This document shows, piece after piece, positions 19,665 through 29,506 of a stretch of DNA of 64,000 nucleotides (its first letter is position 1; every line of letters starts with the position of its first letter). The notes under the pieces are model-generated. The model did not search any database. It saw only the letters and a program-made list of their open reading frames with translations, and was not told the origin of the DNA. Location: assembly GCA_963827235.1 (NCBI GenBank), contig CAWHAE010000016.1, positions 128,001 to 192,000 of the forward strand, given 5' to 3'. Origin of the DNA: an uncultured bacterium. Lineage in GTDB: Bacteria > Chloroflexota > UBA5177 > JANWHV01. Made by a program: the position numbers and the translations under genes.

Positions 19665-20765
19665 CTAGGACGACGCCCCGGGCCGGCGGCAAAAGCCATC
19701 ATGCCGGTGCGACAGGCTCAGCGCGATCCCGGCACAGGCGACCATGAAGCCCAGGGCGAGTAGCACGAACGTCGCTGGACGCGGCAGGGGGCTCGGGAGA
19801 GAGCGGGAGGTCACAGGCACTCTCATGTTGGCGAGGGCTGCCGGGGCGATGGTGCTGGGAGCGGCAGAGGTCCGCGTGCCAGCCGGAGCTGCCGTACCCA
19901 TCATCACCGGCCTGCGCACGCTGATCGCGCTGATCACCTGCTGCCACGACGGAATGCGGCCCGGCGGCACCGCCAGGGCCGGCAGCGCCAGCCGATCCTG
20001 GGCGCGCAGCGTGCCGCGCTCCGCTCCCCCGGTGGACAGGCTGATGGCACCTTCCAGCCTGACAGTTGGGCCGGTTGCTGTTCGGCTCAAGTCGAGAACA
20101 ATGTGCTCGTCATTGTTCTGAAAGATCTCGGCCAGGAGGCTGCCCTGGTATGCCACGTGCCCGCCTTTGTTTACTAGCGCCGCTTTGCCGGAGAGAAATC
20201 CGGCCAGATCCTGCGCTACCTGGTCCGGGTGCAGCAGGTCGGGCAGTATCGGCGTGGTGTCCGGTTGAAAGACCTCGAGGTAAGCCGAGAGGATGAGCGT
20301 GGAATCGGGTAGGTCGTCCTCGGCGCGGCCATCGTGAAGCCGCCCGGAGATGACTACCCGGTAAATGGGATCGAAATCGGGCTCCACACCGCTGAGATTG
20401 AAATTGACTGCCTTGCCGGTGAACGCCAGTGTCTCCCGCGGCGCCGATGAGTCTGCCGCGGCCGGAGAGACACAGCCTGGGACGAGCGTCAGCAGGAGCA
20501 TCCCGGCCACCGGCAGTAGCCGTGCCAACCGAGACGGCCGCCTCGGCTCAGGGCTACTCACCGCGGCTCCAAGTCCGCCGCCCGGTTGGCCGACCGTGAC
20601 ACGACCCGCTTGACCCACCAAGGAGGCCGGGGCGTTCGCGGAGCCCGGCGCACCGGTCCCCCCCACCGGGCTGAACGCAAGGAGCTCGTCGGCGGCCAGC
20701 GGGCTCCAGAGGGAGCCCGCGGCCCGCTCAGCGCCCAAACCGGACGATCCTAAGGCCGATGCCAT
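19665..20765 (-). CDS. hypothetical exported/cell-surface protein
   Basis: Long open frame with an internal signal/TM segment (RLARLLPVAGMLLLTLVPGC) and a C-terminal TM with basic tail; start uncertain. Confidence 0.65.
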   Translation of the reverse strand: MASALGSSGLGAERAAGSLWSPLAADELLAFSPVGGTGAPGSANAPASLVGQAGRVTVGQPGGGLGAAVSSPEPRRPSRLARLLPVAGMLLLTLVPGCVSPAAADSSAPRETLAFTGKAVNFNLSGVEPDFDPIYRVVISGRLHDGRAEDDLPDSTLILSAYLEVFQPDTTPILPDLLHPDQVAQDLAGFLSGKAALVNKGGHVAYQGSLLAEIFQNNDEHIVLDLSRTATGPTVRLEGAISLSTGGAERGTLRAQDRLALPALAVPPGRIPSWQQVISAISVRRPVMMGTAAPAGTRTSAAPSTIAPAALANMRVPVTSRSLPSPLPRPATFVLLALGFMVACAGIALSLSHRHDGFCRRPGASS

Positions 20766-20772
20766 GTGTGAC

Positions 20773-22017
20773 TCAGGAACCGGCGCGATTGATGTCGGCG
20801 CACTCGCAATCGGACGACACCCGGCGACAGAGGAGAGCATCGTACAGGCATCGCACGCGCTCGGCCACCACCGGCCACGCGTAGTGCTGGGCAGCCCGGC
20901 TACCACGCAAGCCCATGTGCGCGCGCAGGATTGGGGAACGCCAGAGCGTGAGCAACCGATCGGCCATCTCGGTTGGGTCGTCGGGTTCCACAAGGAAGCC
21001 GGACACGTTGTTCACCACCGTGAGCTGCATGCCACCCGTGCGCGTAGCGACGACCGGAAGCCCGCTGGCCATCGCTTCCAGAGCAACCATGCCGAAGGAT
21101 TCGTGCAGCGACGGCACCACGCACACGTCCGCCGAGGAGTAGAACTCCGGCACCACTTCTCTCGAGATCGGGCCGGTGAGTGTGACGACCTGCGAAATAC
21201 CGAGTGCATCGGCCAATTCGCCAAGCCGGACTCCCTCTTCCGGCTCGTCCGACGACGGGCCGCCGGCGACGAGCACTCTCGTGGAACGAGCGAAATCGAC
21301 GTCCTGGCGGCAGGCGAGCGCCACGGCCTCGAGCAGCAATCCGAAATTCTTCAGCCGCTCCAGCCGTCCGAGAGCGACTATGGTGAAGGGCTCGGTAGTC
21401 CGGCGCGGGCTCTCAGCGGTACGGAACAGCGTCGTATCGATGCCGCAAGGAATGCTGACCAGGTGACTGCAATGCTCTGGATAGAGCTCGCGTATCTGCA
21501 TGCGCTCGATCGGATTCGACACGACGACCGCGTCGGAAGTCCGCAGCAGGCGGATTTCGGCGCGCTCCCGCCGGGGATCGGCAGCGTTCCCTGCGAACTT
21601 GCTCTTGATTCGGCTCAGAGTGTGGAACATCTGCACGTGGGGAACGTCCCACCGGGCAGCCAGCCGTCTTCCCGCCATGCCGGATATCCAGTAATGCGAG
21701 TGCACCAGGTCGTACGACAGGCTGTGGCGCCGTGCAACCTGTTCGATCCCTTGAATGAGCGCAGGCACCATGTCGGCGATCTCGTTCTTGCTCGCCGGGC
21801 CCGCCCGGCAGCCGGCAACGCCGATAACTCGCGCGCCGCCCAGGTCCAACTCGAACGGAGTATCGGAGCTCGACCGCGTGTAGATGTCTACGTGCAGGTC
21901 GAGAGCAGCCAGCGAACGGCTCAGGTCGCGGACGTAGACGTTCATGCCGCCGCTCGAGCCCGCGCCTGGCTGGTCAAGCGGACTCGAGTGCAGACTCAGC
22001 ATCGCTATGCGTTTCAC
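20773..22017 (-). CDS. GT4 glycosyltransferase, MshA-like
   Basis: RIAMLSLHSSPLDQPG..GGMNVYV, HSHYWISG, ESFGMVALEAMASG. Confidence 0.88.
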   Translation of the reverse strand: MKRIAMLSLHSSPLDQPGAGSSGGMNVYVRDLSRSLAALDLHVDIYTRSSSDTPFELDLGGARVIGVAGCRAGPASKNEIADMVPALIQGIEQVARRHSLSYDLVHSHYWISGMAGRRLAARWDVPHVQMFHTLSRIKSKFAGNAADPRRERAEIRLLRTSDAVVVSNPIERMQIRELYPEHCSHLVSIPCGIDTTLFRTAESPRRTTEPFTIVALGRLERLKNFGLLLEAVALACRQDVDFARSTRVLVAGGPSSDEPEEGVRLGELADALGISQVVTLTGPISREVVPEFYSSADVCVVPSLHESFGMVALEAMASGLPVVATRTGGMQLTVVNNVSGFLVEPDDPTEMADRLLTLWRSPILRAHMGLRGSRAAQHYAWPVVAERVRCLYDALLCRRVSSDCECADINRAGS

Positions 22018-22320
22018 CTTGGCAACTAACTCCTAGTAAAGCGGGCACACATCTGCCGCGCCCTTGGCGTGGTGCCCCATGCTCCCGGCACGAGCACATC
22101 CCACGCATCCATCGCACGATCCGACTCGAATGCGCCTCACCCATAATCGGGTTGGCAGAAAAGATCGGCGTTCTCCCGGCAGCATGCCCAGCCGCAGATT
22201 GACCAGCACCGCTGGGGTTCGCTGCCCATCGGCTCACCACTTCTATGGTAACCAGGGCCGTACATCGCGACCGTTCGCGCGACCGGCACGCTGCAGACCG
22301 GGTCACGAAAGGATGACGCC

Positions 22321-22983
22321 CTACACGAAGTGCCAGAGAGAGGAGCGCGCCCGGCGTCCCCTTCCAATGTAGGGGACGTGTATGAACCCTTCCGCATATT
22401 GCACGGCGCCGCGGGCACCGTGCAGAGCGCACTGCCGGGCGATCATGCGGCAGTAGTGCTCGGGGCCCTGGCCGGCGTGCGCGTGTATGGCAGCCAGCTT
22501 CGCGCTCCACACCTCGGTGACGTCGACCAAATAGTCGGGTTGAAAGAGCCCGGCAATGCCGACACCGTCATACGTGTCACAGGACAGCAGCGCCCTCAGG
22601 TCGGACTCGGCGCCGGCCAGTATGATTGCAGCGTTCGTGATCTCCCACGCCGCCCTGTGATCCGGGTGGCTGTCGTCGCGCCAGTGTGTAAGTACGAGGT
22701 TTGGACGCTCCTTGGCGAGAACGCCAGCGACCGCTTCAATCGCTGTGCGATCGATGGCCAGCCCTCGATCGCGGAACGTCAGGTGAGTCAGTCTTGCTCC
22801 CAGCGCCTCCGCGCCGCGACGGCCTTCCGCCGCTCGCTCATCGTCGCCGTGCGTGAGGATACAGATCGCAGTGTCGTCGCCACCGCCTCGATGCGCCAGA
22901 AGCGTTCCCCCGGCCCAGATCTCGGCATCGTCGGGATGTGCAAAGACGCCGAGTACTCGTCCAACAGCGCTTGTCATTCGCAT
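22321..22983 (-). CDS. PIG-L family deacetylase (BshB/MshB-like)
   Basis: AHPDDAE, R..E, HPDH, AEGF. The ATG at 22983 has the SD AGGAG. Confidence 0.9.
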   Translation of the reverse strand: MRMTSAVGRVLGVFAHPDDAEIWAGGTLLAHRGGGDDTAICILTHGDDERAAEGRRGAEALGARLTHLTFRDRGLAIDRTAIEAVAGVLAKERPNLVLTHWRDDSHPDHRAAWEITNAAIILAGAESDLRALLSCDTYDGVGIAGLFQPDYLVDVTEVWSAKLAAIHAHAGQGPEHYCRMIARQCALHGARGAVQYAEGFIHVPYIGRGRRARSSLWHFV

Positions 22984-22988
22984 CTCTC

Positions 22989-24056
22989 CTAGTCCGCAGG
23001 CAACGCGAGACTGGACACGGCATCCACGGCGAACGGGTCCTCGGCGGCGGGCCATGGCCGATGGACCTGCCGATGATACGCCGCGGCGGCGATCATGGCA
23101 CCGTTGTCGACGCACAGGAACGGCGGCGGTACGTAGACGGGCACCTGACAAACCTCCACAATCCTCGTGCGGAGGGCCAAATTGCTGGCCACGCCTCCGC
23201 ACACACAGATAGTGTTGACTTGGTGCTCGCGGGACGCCGAGGCGACCTTCGTCACCAACACGTCGACCACGCTGTCCTGAAAGGCGAATGCGATGGCGCC
23301 CCGAGTCCGATCGTCGATGCCGCCGTCCGCGTCACGCGCAGCATATTCGAGAAGATGCCACACTGCGGTCTTGAGACCGCTGAAGCTGAAATCAGAGGTG
23401 CCTCGCAGCCACGCACGCGGCAGATCGGGCGCCGTGTCATCGGCACCGTTGGCTGCCAGGCCGGCGACGTAGGCGGCGGCCGCCCGCTGAATCGCAGGGC
23501 CACCAGGGAACTCGAGACCAAGCTGACGGCCGACCTTGTCGAATGCCTCGCCGGCCGCGTCGTCCCGGGTGCTCCCCAGCAGAGTATAGCGGCAGTGTTC
23601 GCGCATCAGCACCAGCTCGGTATGCCCGCCGGACACGATAAGCGCCAGAACGGGAAACGATGGCGCCGGAGCGGCGTTCGAGGCATCCGCAGTCAGCCAG
23701 CTCGAGTACACGTGACCTTCCAGATGATTCACCGGAATCAGCGGCAACCCACGCGCCAGGCTGAGACCCTTGGCGAAGCTCAGTCCTACTCGAAGTGATC
23801 CGCTCAACCCGGGTCCGTAGGTTACGCCGACGGCTTCCACGCGGTCGAGCGTCAAGCCAGCCATCTCAAGGGCCTCGCGCACGACCGCATCGATATCGCC
23901 CAGATGGGCTCGGCTGGCCACCTCGGGCACCACGCCGCCGTGCGGCTCATGCATCTTGAGCTGTGAGCGCACGACGTTGCCGAGAATGTGCCTTCCGTCC
24001 TCGACCAGCGCGGCGCTGGTATCGTCGCAAGACGTGTCGATGCCCAGGACGATCAC
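22989..24056 (-). CDS. tsaD: tRNA t6A threonylcarbamoyltransferase TsaD
   Basis: GIDTSCDDT, GGVVPEVASRAH, HLEGH, SGGHT, DDAAGEAFDK, DNGAMIA. Confidence 0.97.
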   Translation of the reverse strand: MIVLGIDTSCDDTSAALVEDGRHILGNVVRSQLKMHEPHGGVVPEVASRAHLGDIDAVVREALEMAGLTLDRVEAVGVTYGPGLSGSLRVGLSFAKGLSLARGLPLIPVNHLEGHVYSSWLTADASNAAPAPSFPVLALIVSGGHTELVLMREHCRYTLLGSTRDDAAGEAFDKVGRQLGLEFPGGPAIQRAAAAYVAGLAANGADDTAPDLPRAWLRGTSDFSFSGLKTAVWHLLEYAARDADGGIDDRTRGAIAFAFQDSVVDVLVTKVASASREHQVNTICVCGGVASNLALRTRIVEVCQVPVYVPPPFLCVDNGAMIAAAAYHRQVHRPWPAAEDPFAVDAVSSLALPAD

Positions 24057-24748
24057 GTGGACTTCTCCTCGAGGACATAATCCTCATCGCCCGCCGCTAT
24101 CTCGTTCCTCGCAATCAGGCTCTCGCGCAGCTTGGCCCGCAGTGCCACGAAACGCTCCTGGAACTCGGGCGATTGAATCTCGTCGGTCCACATGATCAGG
24201 GCATCCTCGTGATTATCGCTGTAGTACCGCTGCCGGACGCCGGCCGACTTGAAGCCGTACTTGCGGTAGAGAGATTGCGCGATCTCGTTCGACACGCGCA
24301 CCTCGAGGGTCAGCCACCGGGCGTTGATGTCGATGGCCACCTCGGCAAGCGCCACCAGAAGCAGTTCTCCGTATCCCCTGCGGCGGAACTCCGGTCGCAC
24401 GGCGATCGTCGTGATGTGTGCCTCGTCCACCATCAGCCAGAGACCGGCGTAGCCTGCCAGCGTCACGAGGTCCGGTGTCACAGGCAAAACGTCGCGTTGC
24501 CTGTGAATCGGCAAGAGGTTGCTCCAGAATCCGCGCCGTTCCTGCTGACCCGGCGCCCTTGCCCCTCCGAATGCATCACGTGTGACTTGTCGAGGTCCGC
24601 AGCGCAGCACCAGGTAATGGGCGTTCTTGTTCTCGTTGAGCTCCCGCCTGTAGGCGCTCAACGGCCACGGAGTCATAGACGAATCCTTATCGATCGCCAG
24701 AACCTCCGGCACGTCGTCCATGGTCATTCGCGACAGATGGACGGTCAT
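24053..24748 (-). CDS. rimI: ribosomal protein N-acetyltransferase RimI
   Basis: EAHITTIAV, RRRGYG, LEVRVSN, YYSDNHEDA; lies in the tsa cluster. Confidence 0.9.
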   Translation of the reverse strand: MTVHLSRMTMDDVPEVLAIDKDSSMTPWPLSAYRRELNENKNAHYLVLRCGPRQVTRDAFGGARAPGQQERRGFWSNLLPIHRQRDVLPVTPDLVTLAGYAGLWLMVDEAHITTIAVRPEFRRRGYGELLLVALAEVAIDINARWLTLEVRVSNEIAQSLYRKYGFKSAGVRQRYYSDNHEDALIMWTDEIQSPEFQERFVALRAKLRESLIARNEIAAGDEDYVLEEKST

Positions 24749-25524
24749 GGCCGTGCTTCGACGGCGGGCATCGTGCGACGCCGCGGCAGGCTGATGGCCG
24801 GCCGTCGAAGATACAGCGGCTGAAGCTCCGCGGTAGTGCCACGGGCACCGCTCGCTGCCGCTGCCATGGCCAGCGGCAGCAGGTAGGCTGCTCGCCGCAC
24901 GTTATGGGGAGGGGTGACGATTCGCCGCGCGCCTCCAAGCAGCTCGCCGAGCTTGTCGATGTCTTCATCGCTGAGTACGCCGCACCAGAGGCACTTGGCA
25001 GGCGACTCCGCGGCGAGCTGATCGAGCGTGGCAACCGAGTAGGGCGAAATGCGTCGCCAGCGGCCACCACGAGTGCCGAACAAGGCCGAGTAGTGTTCTC
25101 CTCGGCCGCCGGGCAGCACCGCTCTCTGGGCGGGTGCGCGGTCGGCATGTGGAAAGGCGATCACGTCGAGGGCCGAGCTGCCGTAAATCGGCACGCCGAG
25201 GCCGGTCGCAAGACCGATGGCGGTTGCCATGCCGGTGCGGATACCGTTGAATGAGCCCGGGCCCGTGCACACACAGATCAGCCCAGCGGACCGGAGGTCG
25301 AAGTCGGCCTCGACGGCAAGCCCCCTGATCCGTACGGCCAGCTGCTGGGTGTGTGAGAAGTTCGTGCGCCACTGCTGTTCGGCCACCACCTGGCCGCCTT
25401 CGATGAAGGCGATTGACGCCGCGTCCGTGGCGCTGTCGATGCAGACGGCGCTCACTCGAGGCCAGGTCGGACCGGGCAGCGTGATCGAGATTCCCGACTC
25501 GGCGGCGGGCTCGACGCTATTCAT
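24745..25524 (-). CDS. tsaB: tRNA t6A modification protein TsaB
   Basis: IDSAT, GPGSFNGIR, PLYLR. Confidence 0.92.
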   Translation of the reverse strand: MNSVEPAAESGISITLPGPTWPRVSAVCIDSATDAASIAFIEGGQVVAEQQWRTNFSHTQQLAVRIRGLAVEADFDLRSAGLICVCTGPGSFNGIRTGMATAIGLATGLGVPIYGSSALDVIAFPHADRAPAQRAVLPGGRGEHYSALFGTRGGRWRRISPYSVATLDQLAAESPAKCLWCGVLSDEDIDKLGELLGGARRIVTPPHNVRRAAYLLPLAMAAAASGARGTTAELQPLYLRRPAISLPRRRTMPAVEARP

Positions 25525-26006
25525 GCGCGAAAGGCAAGCGCTTGGAAGCGCTGCACCAGATCGTCATATGCCGATCCCTGTGGAATGAACTGAATGGCCC
25601 TCTTGGACTGGCTCACCATCAGCATGCGCACCAACAGATGCTCCTCGGGCAGGAACTCCTGAGCGTACTCCGACCACTCCACGACGCAGACGGCATCGCG
25701 GCGCAGATACTCGTCGAATTCGACGTCTGCCGCACGGCTTTGCCCTTCAAACCTGTAGAAATCGAAATGGAAGAGCCTGAGGCGACCCGAGTATTCCTTG
25801 AGCACCGTGAACGTCGGACTGGTCACAGGTGTCACAACCCCCAGACCTCGCGCGATTCCCTGCGCGAGTGCAGTCTTGCCGCTGCCGAGAACGCCGCTGA
25901 GACACAGCACCTCGCCGCCCCGGCAAACCGCTCCCAGATGCTCTCCGGCAAGGTGGGTCTGCTCCGGGCTCTGACTTATAAAGTCGACGACAGCCTTCGT
26001 GTGCAT
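25521..26006 (-). CDS. tsaE: tRNA t6A biosynthesis ATPase TsaE
   Basis: GVLGSGKT, VTSPTF, HFDFYR, VEW. Confidence 0.95.
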   Translation of the reverse strand: MHTKAVVDFISQSPEQTHLAGEHLGAVCRGGEVLCLSGVLGSGKTALAQGIARGLGVVTPVTSPTFTVLKEYSGRLRLFHFDFYRFEGQSRAADVEFDEYLRRDAVCVVEWSEYAQEFLPEEHLLVRMLMVSQSKRAIQFIPQGSAYDDLVQRFQALAFRA

Positions 26007-26016
26007 CGCCCGCTAC

Positions 26017-27300
26017 TCAGGCCAAGGACTGCCCCGTAAGCGGACCGAGAGTCACGGTTACCTGATGGGCGTCGAGGGGAACCCGCTCCCGGAGCCTGTA
26101 TATGTCTTCGAGAGTGACCGCGTCGATCTGAGCCGCCTCCTCCTCCAGAGTCTCCAAGCGACCGAGAGAGACCCACGAGCCGCAGAGGCTCAGCATGCGC
26201 GAGTTCGTGCTCTCTCCGCTCATGACCAGCCGGCTGAGCAGCTTCGTCTTTGCACGACGAAGCTCATCGTCCCCGACCGCGCCATGCTGCAAGGAGTCTA
26301 CCACGGAACGGATCGCTTCCAATGCGCGCTTGGTCTTGGCGGCCTGCAGACTTGCCGAAACGAACAGCATGCCTGTGCCGTCGAGCGCGAAGTAGTCGCC
26401 ACCGACGCTCTCGGCAAGCCCGGTCTCCTGCACCTGCCAATAGAGCCGCGAGCCTGCACTGTCGCCAAGCACCGTCCCCAGTACCTCGGCCGCGTAGCGG
26501 TCAGGATCGCTGTACGAGACGCCCGGGAAGCCGATGGCGACCAGTTGTTGCTGCAGCTCAGGTCGCTCATAGACGTAGAGCGCCGTCTCAGGAGCCGCCG
26601 CGATCGGGTCGCGAACCACCTCGCCGGTGAACCAGCCGCTGCACAAGGTCTCAACGCGTGAGCGGATCGCGTCCCAGTCATACTTGCCGGCAATAGCGAA
26701 GATCATATTGTTCGCGCCATAGCGACGCCGCCAATACTCGCGCATCTGCTCGACCGTCATGGCGGAGATCGTATCGATCGTGCCAAGTACCGGCCTGCTC
26801 AGGCCCGAAGGCTCGTAGTAGTGCTTCATCAGATAGTTGAATAGTTTCGACTGCGGCTGGTCTTCGTAGCGTGCAATCTCTTCCAAAATGACGCTGCGTT
26901 CCTGGCTAAAGTCGCCTGCATCCAGACGGGGCCGCATCATATCCGCAAGCAGATCGATCAGTCGCGGAGTGTATTCGCCCAGCACTTTGGCGTAAAAATA
27001 CGTGAACTCGTGGCCGGTGCCCGCGTTGTTCTCGGCGCCCATAGACTCGAATTCGCGATTGATATCCTCGTAGCCGCGCGTGGCAGTACCTTTGAACGTC
27101 ATGTGCTCGAGAAAGTGCGATACGCCGCTCAAAGCCGGAACCTCGTCGCGACCGCCGGTACGCACGTAGAAGCATGCCGATACGCTCTGCACGTCTTCCA
27201 TATGTTGACCCAAAAGCTGAAGGCCATTGGGCAACACGTACTGGTCGAATCGGCTGTTGCCGCCTGCGATCGGCGTTGCCGCTCGCTGCTCAGTTGACAT
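26017..27300 (-). CDS. M16 family zinc peptidase (active subunit)
   Basis: HFLEHMTFKGT inverted zincin motif; ERSVILEE. Confidence 0.92.
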   Translation of the reverse strand: MSTEQRAATPIAGGNSRFDQYVLPNGLQLLGQHMEDVQSVSACFYVRTGGRDEVPALSGVSHFLEHMTFKGTATRGYEDINREFESMGAENNAGTGHEFTYFYAKVLGEYTPRLIDLLADMMRPRLDAGDFSQERSVILEEIARYEDQPQSKLFNYLMKHYYEPSGLSRPVLGTIDTISAMTVEQMREYWRRRYGANNMIFAIAGKYDWDAIRSRVETLCSGWFTGEVVRDPIAAAPETALYVYERPELQQQLVAIGFPGVSYSDPDRYAAEVLGTVLGDSAGSRLYWQVQETGLAESVGGDYFALDGTGMLFVSASLQAAKTKRALEAIRSVVDSLQHGAVGDDELRRAKTKLLSRLVMSGESTNSRMLSLCGSWVSLGRLETLEEEAAQIDAVTLEDIYRLRERVPLDAHQVTVTLGPLTGQSLA

Positions 27301-28567
27301 TGCTCAGTAGCTCCTCCGCGGTACACGGACCGATAGCGGCGAGGGTGAATTGCGACGAGATCTGGAGCCGACGGGCAACGGCGGCAATTTGGTCCACGGT
27401 CACGGCGTCGATCAGATCGCGAATCTCATCCAGTGTGCGCACCCGACCCTCGTACCAGAGTGAGGACCCGATAGCGTTTCTGCGAACACGTGTGTTCTCA
27501 CCCGCCATAATGACCCGGCTCTTGAGCACGATCTTGGCTCGCTCCAGCTCGTCATCTCGCACACCGGACTCTTCGAGCTTCCGGAGCTCAGCCAGCGTGA
27601 CCTGTACGGTCTCATGCGCCTTTTGCGGCACCGTGCCGGCGTATATCCTGATCATTCCCGCGTCGCGGAGTGAGAGCGGGTAGGCGCCAACGCCGTACGC
27701 CAGGCCACGCTTCTCCCGCACCTCCGTGAACAAGCGAGAATTCATGGAGCCCCCGAGGATCGTCGAGAGCAGCGCGGTAGCATAGTAGTCGGTGTGCCCG
27801 ACCGGTACGCCCTGCACGCCGATGCCAATATGCTGCTGATTGCTTTCGCGCCCGAGCACGGCAGTGCGAGGCACATAGGTCGGCACCGAGGGAAGCGGCC
27901 GGATATCGCCCGAGGACCAGTCCCCACATGCGGCATCCACTGCCTGCACCAGGCGGGAGAACTCCAGCTTGCCCGCCGCAGCGAAGATCGTGTTGTTAGG
28001 GTGGTGCGAGGACTGCCAACGGGCTCTCAGATTCTGGACCGAAATGGACTTCACGGCGGACGCATTGCCCAGCACGCTGTTCCCGTATGGGTGCCCGTGG
28101 AAGAACTCGCGCTGCAACACGTCCAGCACCTTCTGCATCGGCTCGTCCTCGAGGCCAGCGAGCTCCTGAAGCTGTCTGTCGCGAACCTTCTCCGTCTCAC
28201 CGGGATCGAAGAGAGGATAGCGAGCAACTTCGACCAGCAGAGGTACTATGCTCTCCAGGTCGCGCCCCAATGCAAGTGCCGTATACCAAAACAGCTCGGT
28301 GCCGGCGGAGGCATCATACCGTGCCCCAAGGTCCTCAAAGGCTTCGGTGAGATCACGCACGCTTCGGCGCGTGGTTCCTTGAAAGGCCAGACCGTCGATG
28401 AAGTGCGTTATGCCCTCCATGCCGGGCTGCTCATCGCGCGATCCCGTCGCCACGCACAGGCCGATAGCCAGCGACTCCACGCCCCCCATGGGCTGAGCCA
28501 CGATGCGCAGTCCGTTTTCGAGGACATGTGAGGGAAACGGATCGTTCGCCGTTTGGGCTATCGTCAT
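27290..28567 (-). CDS. M16 family peptidase homolog (non-catalytic subunit)
   Basis: Zinc motif degenerated to HFIDG; retains SRLFTEVREKRGLAY. Confidence 0.9.
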   Translation of the reverse strand: MTIAQTANDPFPSHVLENGLRIVAQPMGGVESLAIGLCVATGSRDEQPGMEGITHFIDGLAFQGTTRRSVRDLTEAFEDLGARYDASAGTELFWYTALALGRDLESIVPLLVEVARYPLFDPGETEKVRDRQLQELAGLEDEPMQKVLDVLQREFFHGHPYGNSVLGNASAVKSISVQNLRARWQSSHHPNNTIFAAAGKLEFSRLVQAVDAACGDWSSGDIRPLPSVPTYVPRTAVLGRESNQQHIGIGVQGVPVGHTDYYATALLSTILGGSMNSRLFTEVREKRGLAYGVGAYPLSLRDAGMIRIYAGTVPQKAHETVQVTLAELRKLEESGVRDDELERAKIVLKSRVIMAGENTRVRRNAIGSSLWYEGRVRTLDEIRDLIDAVTVDQIAAVARRLQISSQFTLAAIGPCTAEELLSNVN

Positions 28568-29042
28568 GCGCACTCCTTCGCGGCCGAACTCCACAAGCAG
28601 CCGCCGAGAAACCGCCAATACCCAGGTCGTATACTGCGCCCGCCGCCGCGCTGGCTGGCAGGTAACGTTGGTCGAGATCTATCGACATTCGCCGCGATAC
28701 GCACTCCTTATTAGTCTACAGAACCGCCAGACGTGAGGACAAAGAAGGCGGCGATAGCACTGCCACCGGCTTGCCGCGCACCTCAGGCTGAAGATCTAAC
28801 CAGGAAAGACCGGGGAGAACGACTGCACGAACTGAGAGGTGCTTCACTGCCGGCCGAGCCAAGTGATGGCTCCAGCCCCGGCCAGCTCTGTATTCCGGGC
28901 AGGAAACGCGGCCCGGTCCGCCGTTCGGCAACGACCCGTATGACTCGCGCTATTGGTTACTAATGGATGTATACAAGTGCTCCCGGTGTGATATTCTGCG
29001 GAGGGGAGCGGTGGCCCACGTAATGCGACTGGGTAACGAGCC

Positions 29043-29498
29043 ATGCAGGACTTGCAGGCGAGGCTGAGCAGCGACCTCAAAGACGCCATGCGGGCGCGCG
29101 ACGAGCTCCGTCGCGAAACCATTCGCTATCTGAACGCCGGGCTGAAGAACGCCAAGATTGCGGCGATGCGCGATTTGACCGACGATGAGGCCGAGGATGT
29201 TCTGATCAGTCAGATCAAGCAGCGAAGGGATTCCATCGAGCAGTTCCGGGCCGCCGGACGGATCGATCTGGTCACCAAGGAAGAAGCTGAGCTGGCGATA
29301 TTAGTCTCGTACTTACCTGCTCCGCCGTCCGACGAAGAGGTAGTTGCCGCCATCCACGAAGCGATCCGGAGTACTGGCGCGACTGGAGTGCAAGACATGG
29401 GCAGAGTTGTGCGTGCGGTGATGGATCGCTATCCCGGGCGCGTCGACGGCAAGCTGGTGGCCGCTCGAGTTCGCGAAGCCCTGACTTCGCGGAACTGA
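29043..29498 (+). CDS. GatB/YqeY domain protein
   Basis: DLKDAMRARD, KQRRDSIEQF, YLP, QDMGRVV. Confidence 0.92.
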   Translation: MQDLQARLSSDLKDAMRARDELRRETIRYLNAGLKNAKIAAMRDLTDDEAEDVLISQIKQRRDSIEQFRAAGRIDLVTKEEAELAILVSYLPAPPSDEEVVAAIHEAIRSTGATGVQDMGRVVRAVMDRYPGRVDGKLVAARVREALTSRN

Positions 29499-29506
29499 GA
29501 ACGGCA

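Noticed and set aside
22060-22085. T-box-like GGGGCACCACG on the minus strand
   Set aside because: It lacks the UGGN antiterminator bulge spacing and Stem I motifs, and the downstream gene is not amino-acid related.
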